Source: Octopus vulgaris
Lineage: Eukaryota
Assembly: GCA_951406725.2 (NCBI GenBank)
Contig: OX597815.1
Location: 169,012,001 to 169,076,000 of the forward strand
Reading direction: 5' to 3'
DNA: 64,000 nucleotides
Under the pieces are notes generated by a model. It worked only from the letters and a program-made list of their open reading frames with translations. It did not search any database and was not told the DNA's origin. Within the stretch, counting starts at the first letter, position 1. Each line of letters opens with the position of its first letter. A program made the position numbers and the translations under genes. Of this stretch, positions 12,250 to 25,959 are shown in pieces.

Positions 12250-14544
12250 GTTACTTCAGCTCTGACATCCTTAGTAGGACAACTTTGCTCTGAAGTCCAG
12301 ATCCCCGTTAAAGAGTTTGCCGCCGCCCTCCAGGGTTTGTCCAAACTGAAGCTCGTCAGTCGGATTTCTAAGAGTACTCGAACTTGTTTCACCCGTGTTC
12401 TCTCGAAACTGCTGAAGAATGTCTGCCTATCCAACAACAACACGGATTGGCAAAAACTGTTCCTGTTCCCTTTGGTCTCCCTCCACGTAACGAATGGGAA
12501 TAGTGGATCCTTCACTTCTTCCCTAAATCGCAGTTCGAGCTGTTCGAATCTACCCTAACTACTGGTCATCTCAGGTCGATCATCAGGTCAACCCCGAACA
12601 ATGGTCGACCACCTAACTTAAAGAAGGCTGTTAATGCTAAACTCAGTGAATTTGACATTAAAGGGGATGTTCGCCTTCTTTCCTATTTGTCCTCCCTCGT
12701 CCATTGTACCTCAACCAACTGAAGGAGAAACATCCTCCGGCCCTTCCAGATGATTACCTACACTGGTCCGATCCACTAAGATTTCTACGACTCATCTTCA
12801 CTCCTGACAATGTCAGAAGGGCAACTGACTGTTTTCCAGCTGGTTCTGGCGCTGGGGTCGATGGCTTACGACCTCAGCATCTCAAGGATGGTATCTCCCT
12901 GTCAGCTGGTGATGCTGGGCTCGAACTCTTGGAGAACCTTACACAGTTTATAAACTTGTTCTCGTCCGAGAGTGTCCTTGCCTACATTCGTCCCCTGTTC
13001 TTTGAGGCCAAACTTTTAATCTCACCAAATCCAACGGTGACCTCCGCTCCTATAGCAGTTGGTTGTACTCTGCGACGGCTCACAGCACAAGTGTGCCTGA
13101 CCTCATAGCTGACCTAGCCGACCAAATGCGAGCTCTGGTTCCTAAACCACCCAACTTCGCATGAGCAGACTACTAAACTATCTGCTGACTCCCTCTCCTC
13201 AATCGCGATTTCGCCTTCATCAGCGTGGTGCTCCCCAATTACTGACCTAGCTTTCGAGTCCATCTCTAGGTCCAAATTGGTTAAACTCGAACAACTTTTA
13301 AAAAACCTTGAATTGAACCTCACCAAGGTTTTTTTATACTTAGGAATTACTTGTCAATTCCTAAGCTATTGCATTTTCTGAGAGTTAGTCCCTCTTACGG
13401 ATTCCTGTCGTCCCTCCAATACTTTGACGATCTAATCTTCAGGAAACTCGAATGCTTGGTCAATGCCAAACTCTTCTCAGACACCCGCGACCAAGCTGCT
13501 TTGCTCAAAGGGTTTTTGTGGGGGGGGGGGGGGGTCTAGGTCTGCGCAAGTGCTCGTCTTTATCGCTTCCCTGTTTTCTTACCTCCATCCACGCTTGCTC
13601 CCCTTTGGTAGGCAACATGCTCTCCTCCTCCAACGTGGACTAATTCCAACTGAGAGATAGATAAAGTTCTATTACCCTGGAGAGAGCTGGGTTTGTCAGT
13701 TCCGGTTACAGTGGAGGATAGACGAAAACAGAGAGTATGGGATAATCTGCGTTCAGGTTCCACTTTCAACTATCTCCTTGACCAATCTGATCAATTTTCA
13801 AGGTGTCACCTACTTTCAGATAATGCAAAATTCTCAGGGGACTGGATTGATGCCCTTCCTGTGGCCAACAATAGTGGTCTACTCAGTCTAGATGAATTCC
13901 GCATCTCCATCGCACTCAAAGTGGGAGCTGACGTCTTCAGGGGACTGAGATGCTGATGTGGTAGGCCCCGCGACCCCACAGGTCTTCACGGTCTGTCTCG
14001 CCGCCAAATGCTTGTCGCTTCGCTCGTCACACCGAGCTAAACCTAATCATTGAGCGGGCTCTGGCTTGGATTAATATCCCCTCAGTTCTGGAGTCGTCGA
14101 GGTTATCCAGAAGTGATGGAAAGAGACCGGATGATCTTACCCTCTGTCCCTGGGTTGAAGGTAGGTACCTCATTTGGGACACCGCAGTCTGCGATTCCGT
14201 TGCTCCCTTCCACAACCTGGATGATGCAAGTAATGGGAGGGTCACTGGTTCTGTAGCCGAACGGAAGAAAACCCTGAAGTATCGGGACCTGACAGTGAAT
14301 TCTATCTTCCAATCTGTAGCATTTGAGACGTTCGGAGCGACTGGGCCACTAACCGCCAAGTTCTTGTCAACGTTGGCAGCTCGCCTCGACGAGGTGTCAG
14401 TTGATGGCCCGTAAAGGCGCTTGGCATTCCCAACGCCTTAGTCACGCCATCACCTGTGGTATTGCTGCGAGCGTGCTGGCTTGCTTCAGTAGGTTCCGTT
14501 AAACCCTGTGATGTGCGACCAGCTGCTGTGATAAAAAAAAAAAA
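12250..14544 (+). mobile_element. CRE-like non-LTR retrotransposon with restriction-like endonuclease; internally deleted and decayed
   Basis: GSGAGVDGLRPQHLKD and PIAVGCTLRRL (RT N-terminal part); RHTELN...DGKRPD..LTLCPW..GRYLIWD...AERKKTLKY...FETFG (RLE domain); poly(A) tail at ~14533-14544. The 5' end is approximate. Confidence 0.85.
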
Positions 14545-15409
14545 TTATAAGATACATCAATGTTACATCACTTATAATTATCAGACATAAAATTGGCTTA
14601 AAAGTAGGAGTACTTGACCAAACTCGGCAATTAGATTGGAAAATGCTGCTTTTTTTTTCTTAATTTTGAAACTGAAAATCTATTTTCGAAATTGTTTATG
14701 TGTAGAAGAAAAGGCTGGTTCTTTTATACAACTACTCGTAGGAATCGTGGATGATATCATTAACATCGATGAACTGACTGAAAGGAATTCAGTGGCACGG
14801 CACGAGCGCTGAAACTGCAGTAAACTCCCTTACATCGTTGAGATTAATTCATAATTCCTTACTGTAACGAACCAATGCATTACTTTCTAGAACTTATGTA
14901 TTGCTGGGTAATAAATAATTAAATGCTTTCGGTGGTATTCTAATTCCTATATTTTCGTTTATTATTTTAAAAAAATATAAAATAAACCAAAAGCACCTCA
15001 CAAAAATCGGAATTGCTATCATCTTTTTATTATAATTAGGATTGTATTACTTTTATTTCATTTCAAAGAAAACTACTTCGCTTTTGCTTAATTGTCGAAT
15101 TTCCGGCAAATTAATCTTTGCTGACTTCAGTCGTTTCACTTTCTGTATCATAAAATAAAACATCCTCCACTTCACTGTTTGTGAAAATTAAATCTAGTGT
15201 TGTGATTAATATGAGTCGGTTCATTAATGTGCTGAATAAGACCTATAATGCTGATAAAATCTTGCACTCATTCTTCCTGATTATCTTGATTCATATCATT
15301 CCAATATTTCACAAAGTATAAAATCTAACATTTCTGAAAACTGATTCGTTTAAAGGGAAAACATGAGAATTTATCATTAGAATTTGGAAAATAATAGAAA
15401 TATGCATCT

Positions 15410-16640
15410 AATGGACTCCAGGAGTAGTTTTTGACTGAATAATTGTTATCTTATATTTAATAGTAACTAATTGGGCAACCCCGCCCTGCACTTTCTTGCT
15501 CACAACAGTTGATCGATCTGTTCTCAAAATATGATATTTTCCGGTCAAACGGTAGAAAGCTTCCTCAAATCTATGTTTAAGTCAAGATTCAATAATCATG
15601 AAGACATAATTTAGATATAGTGTCGTTAAAAATAATATTGCTCTTGATTGCATCTGCTACGATAGTTTAGTAAAAAGAAGTGCAATTTCGTATTGGGTGT
15701 TTTTTAGTTTAATTTACACTCAGTTTGCAGACTTTCAGTTTGTTTTCCCATGTCTTTTTTCTGAAAAACGGAATTGTATTGAGAGTCTCGCTGGATAATT
15801 TTATAATTCCTGAAGATCAAAATGGTTTTTCTGATCGTCAACCCGGCACGTGACTCCGACTGGACTCTTACTGATATACGTTACCTCCAATCACAAAAAA
15901 AGGCCTATATTTGCAGCAGATATTTTCTTTCAGTCGGCAACACGAGTCTTGAGCCTATCTGACATTGGTACCTAGCCGCGTTGTACAAGAACACGAACTT
16001 CATGATCCTGAACTTTCACGCTAACTCTTCACATACCTCGTTCTCCAAAATATAACCCACTTCCAACTTGTCGCACAATTGATCGATCTTTTTTTTATCT
16101 CTGCATCTGTATATATATATTTTTTATGGCAGAATATTGTTTCAGTTAAGATTTTAGAATGTTGAAAATGATTTATTGATTTGTCCAGCAACACAGGCGA
16201 GATGAAGTCGATAAATGAATCTGATTGTCTTCAGCGAAACTCCTTGCTACAGTCTGTTTTGCCAAACTGCCTGCTACTGAGATTCAAAGTTTTTGTCAGA
16301 AAACTGGTCGCTGCACTTACATATACGTCCCATTTTAAAGAGAATATCTTTACTACCATCTATATAATACAATGTATCAATATAGATACAATATGAGTGA
16401 AAAGATGACCACACTTGTAACGTCTTTTCATTACTTAACATTGGGGTCTTTTTATTGGCGTAGCCAGGATAGGAAGCAAGCTCGACATTTTTCAGTCTGT
16501 TAGAAAGTTGGTGTTATACTCAGCTGGGAGACTTTGCTACAAAACGGGCTCTGCTATTAGTTAATAGCATGAAAACACATACAGATCTACAGTGTACTTC
16601 GGACAGTTTTTAAGAGGTGGCAGAGATATCAGATGTAATT
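15410..16640 (-). pseudogene. Possible compact or decayed gene with cyclic-nucleotide-binding-domain-like peptides
   Basis: AG/GT-bounded segments translate to LISLPPLKNCPKYTVDL (16583-16640), DGSKDILFKMGRI (16321-16359), KIDQLCDKLEVGYILENE or IVRQVGSGLYFGER (16037-16106), TLNTIPFFRKKTWENKLKVCKL (15718-15809) and EEAFYRLTGKYHILR (from 15570). Frames do not join cleanly. Confidence 0.3.
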
Positions 16641-17399
16641 CTGAAATCGTTATTTTGGCAAATTATTAGTGAGAATGTGACGTCACTATCTTGTGGCGGA
16701 TAAATTAAATGTCCACTGAGTCTCAATTCTGCTTCCTGTCGTCTCTCTTAAAGCAAGAAAGATATGTTTGATGTAGGTAGGATGGGCATTTATGAAACAA
16801 AACAATGTGAAATAAAGCACTAACGTAATATTAAATGAAAGACAACAGAGAGTGAAAAGGAAAATTAGGAGAGACAAAATGAAATTTACATGTAAATAAA
16901 GTTGAAAGTATCAGGCCCAAGACTTCTATTTATAAGAAATAGTATTTGAGAGACATTGCAATCGGAAAAAGAAATCAAATGAGAAAGATTCAAAACGAAA
17001 AATAGAATTTTTAAAAAATAATAACTCATCTAAACCTTTATGAACGTGGAGAAAATGGAAATATAGCCCGATTTTACAAGGAAGCCCTTGTACAAATGAA
17101 ATAAAAACATCTGAGAATACAAATAAATTTAAAAACACAAGAATAAATTACAATTAATAAGATTGTTTCAGATTGCATATTTTAAGGGGTGAGGAAAATG
17201 AGAATGTTTAACATTCATGCTTTCCCTCCAATAGTACCGGAGACGTGATTATATGATTAGTATAAATCTAAAGACAATCTTGAAGCTTCGATGCAGAGTG
17301 ACAGTGACCAGATAAAGTAAAGAAGAAAAGAGATCGAGATGACGAACTTAAGTAGCATAGCTTCGTTAATTGATAACAAGTTACATAAGTATTTACTGA

Positions 17400-17761
17400 G
17401 ATGTAGTCAAAACAGCTAATACAGGTGAAAAGTGAGAAAGAGAAGCGAGAATGATAGAGAGAGGGAGAGAAAAGAGAGAGAGAGAGAGAGATGAAAGTGA
17501 AGAGAGAGAAGGGGGAGAAAGAGACTGATTGATAGAAAAGTGAAGAGAGACAGAGTAAAGAGAAGGAATGCTGAGTGAATAAAAGAATAAAGGAGGTGGA
17601 GTAACTGGAAGAGATAGAGAATGTGAACGAGGGAAATGTATAAACGTATAGTGAGAGTAGATGAGGTATAGTAAGAGTTAGTAAATTAGATAAAGTAACG
17701 AGTGGCAGGGAGAATGACTGAAATAGACAGCTAGAGTGGATGAAGTGGTGGATTTCGTTCT
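17400..17761 (+). promoter_or_regulatory. GA-rich putative promoter/5' UTR region of TAPT1
   Basis: Purine-rich (GA)n tract directly upstream of the ATG. Position-based inference only. Confidence 0.35.
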
Positions 17762-17957
17762 ATGGCCGCGTACGGAACCTCTCAGATCAACAACAGTGAA
17801 AATATAACACCCACAGAATCAGGATACAACAGCAATCTAAATCGCCATCAGACAACCGATCTGAACGGTCCAAACGTTGGTCCGTCAGACGTACGTGATA
17901 AAGTTGAGACTGTTTATTCGTCAGTGCATCATGGTGCGAAAATGTTCCCCAGATCAG
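17762..17957 (+). CDS. TAPT1: TAPT1 coding exon 1 (poorly conserved N-terminus)
   Basis: Unique, non-repeat ATG ORF MAAYGTSQ...KMFPRS-G ending at the donor AG|GTTAGT. Its 196 nt give phase 1, matching the phase-1 acceptor of the TAPT1 exon at 59252. Linking the two exons is an inference. Confidence 0.7.
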
Positions 17958-18774
17958 GTTAGTTTACTGAGTAATTATTAACCCAAGTGATTTAGTTTAT
18001 TATATAGACAGACAATAAATACATTGCAATCTATATATATATATATATATATATATTTATAATGTGTGTGAGTATATATGTTTGTATAATTATCTTTCTG
18101 TTGTAATTAACTAGTATATTCATTTCTCTAGCTCCTTTGAGTTATTAATATATTTTTAGATTTTTATTATTTTAATCGGTGGGGGTAAAACCATAAAATA
18201 AGGCTTGACAGTTGCAGTGAGATGGCCTTTATTAAAATAAAATATTGAGCAACCCCCCGTTTGTGAACGATATGTCTTTACTCACTGATGTTAAAATACT
18301 ACCAGTTAAATTTTTATAAAATAAAATAATAATTTTTTTAGTTAATGCACAGATACATATACAGATATATATATATATATATAACTTGCATGTGTGCGAA
18401 CTCGTTTTTTAGAGATCTACGAAAACAAAACATTCGAAATAATCATCGTTCATTTACGAATGGAAAAATCAATTATAGATGATACTTATTCGATTTATGG
18501 TAAACTGTCGATTCCGTCAATCTCGAATGATTTTATATTGTTATATATGTCAATCTGTCATATTGGTTCTTTTTTTAAAATATGCAGTATAGTAGTAAGT
18601 AAGGGTACTGCAAGAAAGACTTTTCCATTTCGTGTACGATAGATTTAGTAACTGAGTTGCAATCCGTATATTGGGCCGTTACGTCAACATTTGTGTACGT
18701 AGCTTCTAGACAAATGTGCATGCACACACAGACAATAAATAACTCGTAGACACATCTACAGAATATCATACCAA

Positions 18775-18820
<46 letters not shown>

Positions 18821-18916
18821 GATTGTATGTGTATATGTGTGTGTGTGTATAATGTGTTTGGTAGGACAAACAGGAGAAATAGAACTCAATACATGCCGAT
18901 AAAATTTTTAAAAAAT

Positions 18917-18957
<41 letters not shown>

Positions 18958-19749
18958 TACACTGATGTATATATATAATACACACACATATAATACAAAT
19001 ACATACAAACACACATGAATATAGTACAAGTGTACTTGGGAATTTCATTTTTTATCTATACTACATCATTTACGGATTAAATGACAATTTTATTATATAT
19101 ATGTTTCTATTTGTTATAATTACTGATGTACGTAGTATATATATGTATATACACACATATGTATGTATACATATGCATACATATATAATTCGTGTATATG
19201 AATTAAGAGGGGAAACGTAGACGCTATAAATACACACATCGATCAAAATACATATTTATTTTTATGGACATAGGGTAAAGAACACCTCTAGATAAATCTG
19301 TGGACTAGGTTTTTTTTCAATTTAATTTATTTATTTGCTACGGAAAAAATAGCAATATTGTTCGTTCACCTATGCACCCTTCGATGCCTTTGATTTTTGT
19401 TTTCTTTTTATATATCTTTGTTTTTGACTTTCCATAATCTGTTTATATCGGTGACTATTCACTTCTAACCATCAACAACAAAAAATAAAAGAAGAAAAAA
19501 TTGGCGATTGTTAATTATAGATATTCGATTTGAAGATCCGAATCTCATAAATAAATAAATAAAACGATCAGATTCCATTTGGAGCAGGTCCTGTTATTCA
19601 CTTCACACCTCCCAAAATGAACTGGGTCATGTTCTTTTACCCTTTTATTTATTTATTTATTTATGTTGCCCCTTCCGGAGTATTAATATAAGAAAATATT
19701 TGCCTCGTCTCTGTCTTTCTCCTTCGCTATATATATATATATATAATTG

Positions 19750-20195
19750 TTATCATCATAATTTAACACCCACTTTCCATGCTGGCATGGGTTGGACGGT
19801 TTGACAGGAATTGGCCAACTGGAAGCTCCCCAGCTTCATATTGTCTATTTTAGCATGGTTTCAACGGCTAGATGCCCTTCTTAACGCCAACCACTTCACA
19901 TGGTGTACTGGGTGCTTTTTTTCACATGGCACCGGCACGTTCTCTTTTTATGTGACACTAGCACCCGCGAGCCCTCAAGGGAAGGACCTCTCGGCTGAAA
20001 GGGACGTAGAGGTCATTCCTGTATTTACTCAGCTTGATGTGTCTTCTCAAGCACAGCCAACTGCCAGGTATCTCGGTCCCTTGTCAATTTCCTCTGTGAG
20101 GTCCAACGTCTGAAGATCCTTTCTCACTAGTTCGTCCCACGTTTTCCTGGGTCTACCTCTCCCAAAAGTTCCCTCTACAATTAGAGATCGGCACT
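19750..20195 (-). mobile_element. RTE LINE 3' end with (GAT)n tail
   Basis: Minus strand translates CRSLIVEGTFGRGRPRKTWDELVRKDL, then the CCATGCCAGCATGGAAAG...TGATGAT tail. Confidence 0.8.
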
Positions 20196-23100
20196 ATTAT
20201 ACTATTATAATATACTTTTTTAAAACTTCTTTATACTATGTATATTTCCCTTCCTTTTCATTGTATACTGTATATATTCTCTTCTTTTTTTATCATTTCA
20301 TTATATGTAACCCCACACACACACTTCATGTCTGTTTTGCATTGTCCCCCGCATCCTCGCCCCTGTGGCAATAAACTATTATTATTATTATTATTAAGCC
20401 AAAACAATACAAGTCATAAGTGCTGAAATATAAGGTAAAAGTACTAACCAGCGAACTATATTTCTTATAACTTGCAGCGTTTTGTCTTTATTAAAAAAAA
20501 TAATAATTAGACACCACACACACACACATACATACATACATACACGTGTCATGATTAGTCCCGTTAGTGATACATACGGAAAATGAAATCTATTTGATAC
20601 TAATTAGAAACCGATTGAACAATCTTATTCTAATGTAAATGATCAAATTAGCAAAAATAAATCTAAGTTCGATTTAAAACCCGAAAGCTAATTAAAGCTA
20701 AGTACACAATAATAATTTTTTTCTTTTTTGTTTACTTCCTGAGAGGGAGTATTCACCGTCGAGTTAGTGGAGTATTTAACCAATTTAGCCAATCGATATT
20801 TTGTAGACCTAATTCGAGTGGGGTAGAATCACTTAATGGCTAATGAGTTTGACTTCATGTGAGGGTTAGTCATCCATACTTATCTCAAAGACTAGAAAAT
20901 GCTTGTTGTGCCGTGTTTTTTTCTTCCAAGGACAAGGTGATATAGGTAAAGTGATCAAGGGTGTCGAAAATGGGTGGACAATTCGCCTGAGTCTAGAAAT
21001 ACAGTTAAATTTTTTAAACATCTTTTTCTTTTTTTAAAAAAAATGAAACAAATTGTTACGAGCAATTGAATGCATTAGAATTACATTTAGTTTTTAGGTG
21101 TTATTTAATTCTGATGTGGAGTAATCAAATATATTCTTTGCGTAATCAACTGGGATTTTTTTAGGCGTTTTAGTTAATATTACAAGCGTGGTAGATTTTG
21201 TTCACCTACATCTTATGTTATTCAACACTGAAATAACATAAGGCTGCATACTAAACAATTTTACTTAGCTCTTAAGTTTTCCATCTCTTAAGAAAGACTG
21301 AAAAAGTTTTTAATTGTATATATTTTTGCTAAATCTGGCTATACGTGTCCCAGTATTACGGTATATTTGAATCTCCTACTAAACTACTTTCAATCTACGT
21401 GTGTATAAAAATGCATACGTGTTATGTATGTTTATACAATATTTTTCTAATGTATTATGGCTATGAGTTTTTAAATTTATTTTTCACGATGTAGCTGTCC
21501 AGTTTCTTTGTTTTACATTATACTTACCTTTTTCTCCACACATTGTATGTAATAATACTTTTTAATAATTTGTACCATAGTCAACTTCGCCTTTCTCCCT
21601 TTTGGGGTCGTTACCGTCAAGTACCACTTGAATATTTAGGGATCTTGTACCTATGTAAGAAATCAGCCATATGCAATAATGTGGAGTTTGGGAAGTAAAA
21701 ATAAGCGGGGAAATGCAACCTATAATCACATCACTCCTCTTGGAATAAGTCGACTGTTGGATTCAGGCAATGTTTTAAATTCTTTTAGAAAGTTTGGTTA
21801 CCAATTCCAGAAATATAAGCAGAAAAGATTAGGCCATGTTTACTATGTTTACAAAATGTCTTTAATTCTCTAAAAACTGAGATGTAGTAATGGATAAAAT
21901 TTTACTGCTAACATCAACTTCAGGATTGGATGTAATTACTAATCTAGAAAGCAGGCATGGCTGGAAGTGCAAAAACATTAAGGTTGTTTCTGTTTTCTGT
22001 TTCTGCAGTGAGCCCAACCTTATCACTATCAATACTAGGTCTTGTTAGGGAGAAATCTAATCCATTATCTGGGTTAAGGCCACCACCTGGCTCTTAGATG
22101 CCTTTAATAGAATGTATTCTGTTGCAAGTATTTGGGCTAGAGTACTGGTCTGAGGATAAATTAGTCTTGAGTTACATTGCAACCACTGAGTCCTGGCTTC
22201 TTTGCCTCCCACTGCCAGAACCTCTGTGAAAGGGTTTTACACATTGCTTTTCTTCTGATTATATCATTAAGAAAAGAATTTAAAAGTTTTGGAAACACCT
22301 GAAACACAAAGAGTGGCTTATGCTTGATAATATTGTAGTTTGAAGTCGGTGTTACCATACCTGTATACACAATAGGCTTGTGAACAGATTAACTCTGAGG
22401 CTCTGTACAAAAGACAGAACTCCAATACGTCATCATTCCATAGAAGTTAGTATATAATTTGCATCAAGCTTACAGTGAACTTTGTAAGTACAAGAAACAG
22501 CTGTCACAGATCCATATCAAGGATGATGCTAAATATACATAGGAGATGAATTGTTTACATGTTCTTAAGACTGCTGAGCTTCATTGCATACAGCCATCAA
22601 AATTGACTCAACTGCTATGACTTTACAAGTTCCAGATTGTGTTCAACATACACAGGGGGGATTTCCCATTAAAATTTAGCATCTCGAGGCTACAAAGATT
22701 TCAACACAGAAATATCTTTTTAAATGAAGTAGCTTGTGAGCAATAAAAGGCTGTTAACACTGATGATATGAGCAGGTTCTATTACAACCTAAAGTCTAAA
22801 CAATCAATTCTACTTGTAGCAGAGACTAAAGAGCCTACATTGCACTGAGTACATGATGTCTGTTCTGTTTTAGATCAGGAAAATCAAGGGGACAGACAAA
22901 GGGACATATATATAATATGGTGATTGCTGATTTAAAAAGTCTTTTGGTACTATTTGCCAATGATTCCTGCAGAATAGTGATCTTGAGACTCAGGGATTCC
23001 AGACAGAAATGTTATTGTACTTGTCCACTTAGGGGGTCTCCCTGTCAATGCAAGCTTGATAACAAGATGGTCAACCAGAAAGTTATTACAAAACAGCAGT

Positions 23101-25309
23101 ACAATGATACAAGCTTACTGGTACTTTTTGATTTTGTGACACACAAACACACGCACATATGTGTGTGGTACAAAGTCATCTCCCTCAATATTACTCCCTT
23201 TTCCATTGAGTGGTTTTGCCTTGCAAGTTACTTGTTAATTTCACTGTTGCTGACGTCATGTAAAAAGCATCCAGTACACTCTGTAAAGTGGTTGATGTTA
23301 GGAAGGACATCCAGCCAGAAACCATGCCAAAGACAGAGTTTGGTGCAATTCTCTGGCTCATAGCATCTGTCAAACTGTCCAATCCATGGCTGTATGGAAA
23401 ACACATTAAATGGTGATGATGATGATATCTGTTGGTATTCTCAACTGCTTAATTTCTTAGGCCTTACTGTCAGCTTTTAGATGACTGAATTGCTTTGCCA
23501 ATACCAACCTGGGCCTTTCCTGCCTTACAGAACTAATACTGTTTATGAGATGGTGATTATAAATAACACTAGATTAACCTTTGGTAGGCATTCATCGTCT
23601 GTGCTATAAACATGATACCAAACACAAAGACAGGTATGTACGAGTCAGTTATACTTCTGTTGTTACTGTATGAGTTAGAAGTTTTGATACCATACAGAAC
23701 ATAAGTTTTCTCCCACAATTTTCATTTCCATATGCACAGCCTGAGCACCAACTGATGTATTTCAGGGAGCAGTTATTTCCTGCTGCAAATTGTATAGAAT
23801 TGAAAGCTTTTGATTACATTGACCCCCCACCTACCCTGTGTTTAACTGGTACTTATTTTATTGGCCCTGAAGAGATGAAAGGCAAAGTCGGCTTCGGTGG
23901 AATTTGAATTCAGAACATAAAGCTGGATGAAATGCCACTAAACATTTTGCTGGTGTGCTAACGGTTCTGTTAGCTTTGCTGCCTTATGTCATCTAATAAT
24001 ATTACAAAGCAAAATGCAAGAAAGAAGCATAAAAAACGAACTTGCAAAAAATAGCTAAGTTGTAATTGATTTTCCCTGGCAAGTTACCTTAGAGTGATTT
24101 TCTGTTGTCCTTTGCAGTCCTATAGGAGAATATAAGCTCAGCATCACAAGCTAACATAGTAGTCCATCATTGATATTATGTCTCTGTTGCTTACATTTGT
24201 TAAATGTACTTCATCTTGGTACCTATTTACAGCTAAATAGAGCAGGTCAATAAAAATGAAAAATTTTAGATTGAGTCACAACGCAGTATCTGTGATAGTA
24301 ATCCAGTGATAAACTAGCATCAGAGTGAGTCTAGTGTTACTTTATGGTTTGATTACTGCTCTCACTCAGAAAGTAAATTCATCATCATCATTTAATGTCC
24401 ATTTTTCATGCTGGTATGGGTAGGTTGGTTAGATTGGATCTCACAGGCCACAGAACTGCATCAGTTTCCAATGTCAGCCTTGGCATAGTTTCTATTGTTG
24501 AATGCCCTTCTTAGCACCAACCACATTATAATGTGTACTGTGTGTGTTTTTTTCATAGCACTGGTACTAGTAAGGTCACCAAGTAACTTGCACAACAGGA
24601 AAATAACAAAAAAAAAATAAAACAAAAAGTTCCCTCAACTGTGTTGCAGTTGATCTTGGATTAATCATCACTATAACACCACCTTTGCTAAAATATAATT
24701 CTAGGAAAAGAAAAATGATGAATATTTATGTGTACATAAATATAAACACATGTATATTTATTTAAATGTGTGTATGTGTCATTGAGTATTTCATTATCAT
24801 CATCATCATTGTATTAAAGTCCATTTTCCCAGGCTTGCATAGATCAGACAAATTTTGTTGAGGCAGATTTTCTACAGGTGGTGTCCTTTCTGTTTCCAGC
24901 AAGGTAGTGTTTCTTCATGGCCAGACACATTTTTCACAGAAGACTACAAACGAACATCATTTGTATGAGAGGGTGATTTGTTTACAACTATCACCTGATG
25001 TTCAAGACAGAGACACAGACATACATATGCATGCATGCATATATATATATATATATATGCATACAACAGCTTCTTTCAGTTTCCATTTACCACATCTACT
25101 CACAGGGCTTTGGTGAGCCTGGGACTATAGTTGAAGACATTTACTCAAGGTGGCACACAGTGGGACTGAACTTGAAATCTTGTGGTTGGGAGGCAAACTT
25201 CTTAACCACGCATCTATGTCTGCGTCTGTATATGTGTATTTGCACATGTGAAGACCGATGAAGTGCTCCTGTTCCACATTGGACTTAGTATGTATACTCT
25301 ACTCAGGCA

Positions 25310-25660
25310 ACAAGGACTTTACTGGTTGCCTATGCATGAATTTTAGCTCCATTGCAAAGAATGTCTCCCATGAAAAACTGGCATCTGAGTAGAGATTCAT
25401 TAGCCATCCCCACAGGTATGCTACAAGTATGTCTGCATAAGGTACACAAAAACCTGTGATATCAATATAGGATCTTTGGAGGGCCTTTCAGACGGCCAAG
25501 TGGGATAGAATATCCTGAACTGGTACCTCAAGACAGGAGAAAAAGAGCTGCTGATGGTTGCTGCTGCAGAAAAGTGGGTATGCATAAAGGAGCATAGAAG
25601 TGTCAGTACGGCAATAACTATACATAGATGTAACCTCTGCAACAAAGACTGTCACACTCC
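25310..25660 (+). mobile_element. Degenerate RTE-clade LINE 3' fragment
   Basis: Decayed C-terminal peptide ending HRCNLCNKDCH, similar in layout to 54290-54650. Confidence 0.45.
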
Positions 25661-25959
25661 AACAAAAACAAAACCTAAAATATGCAACAATAATAACTCA
25701 TGGACAGTTGTGACTGAAAGTGGCAAAAAATGTATATATATTTGCTCATGTAGGATGAAGAAGATCTAGCTGCTATTTTTAGCTGGATGTATGACTGTAG
25801 GAAGGTTCCCTCATTGACATACACACACACGTTTTTGTATGTATATATATGTGTGTGTGTGTGTATATATACATATATACATACATATATATATATATGT
25901 ATGTGTGTATATATATATACATACATACATATGTGTGTGTGTGTGTGTGTAATATATCC

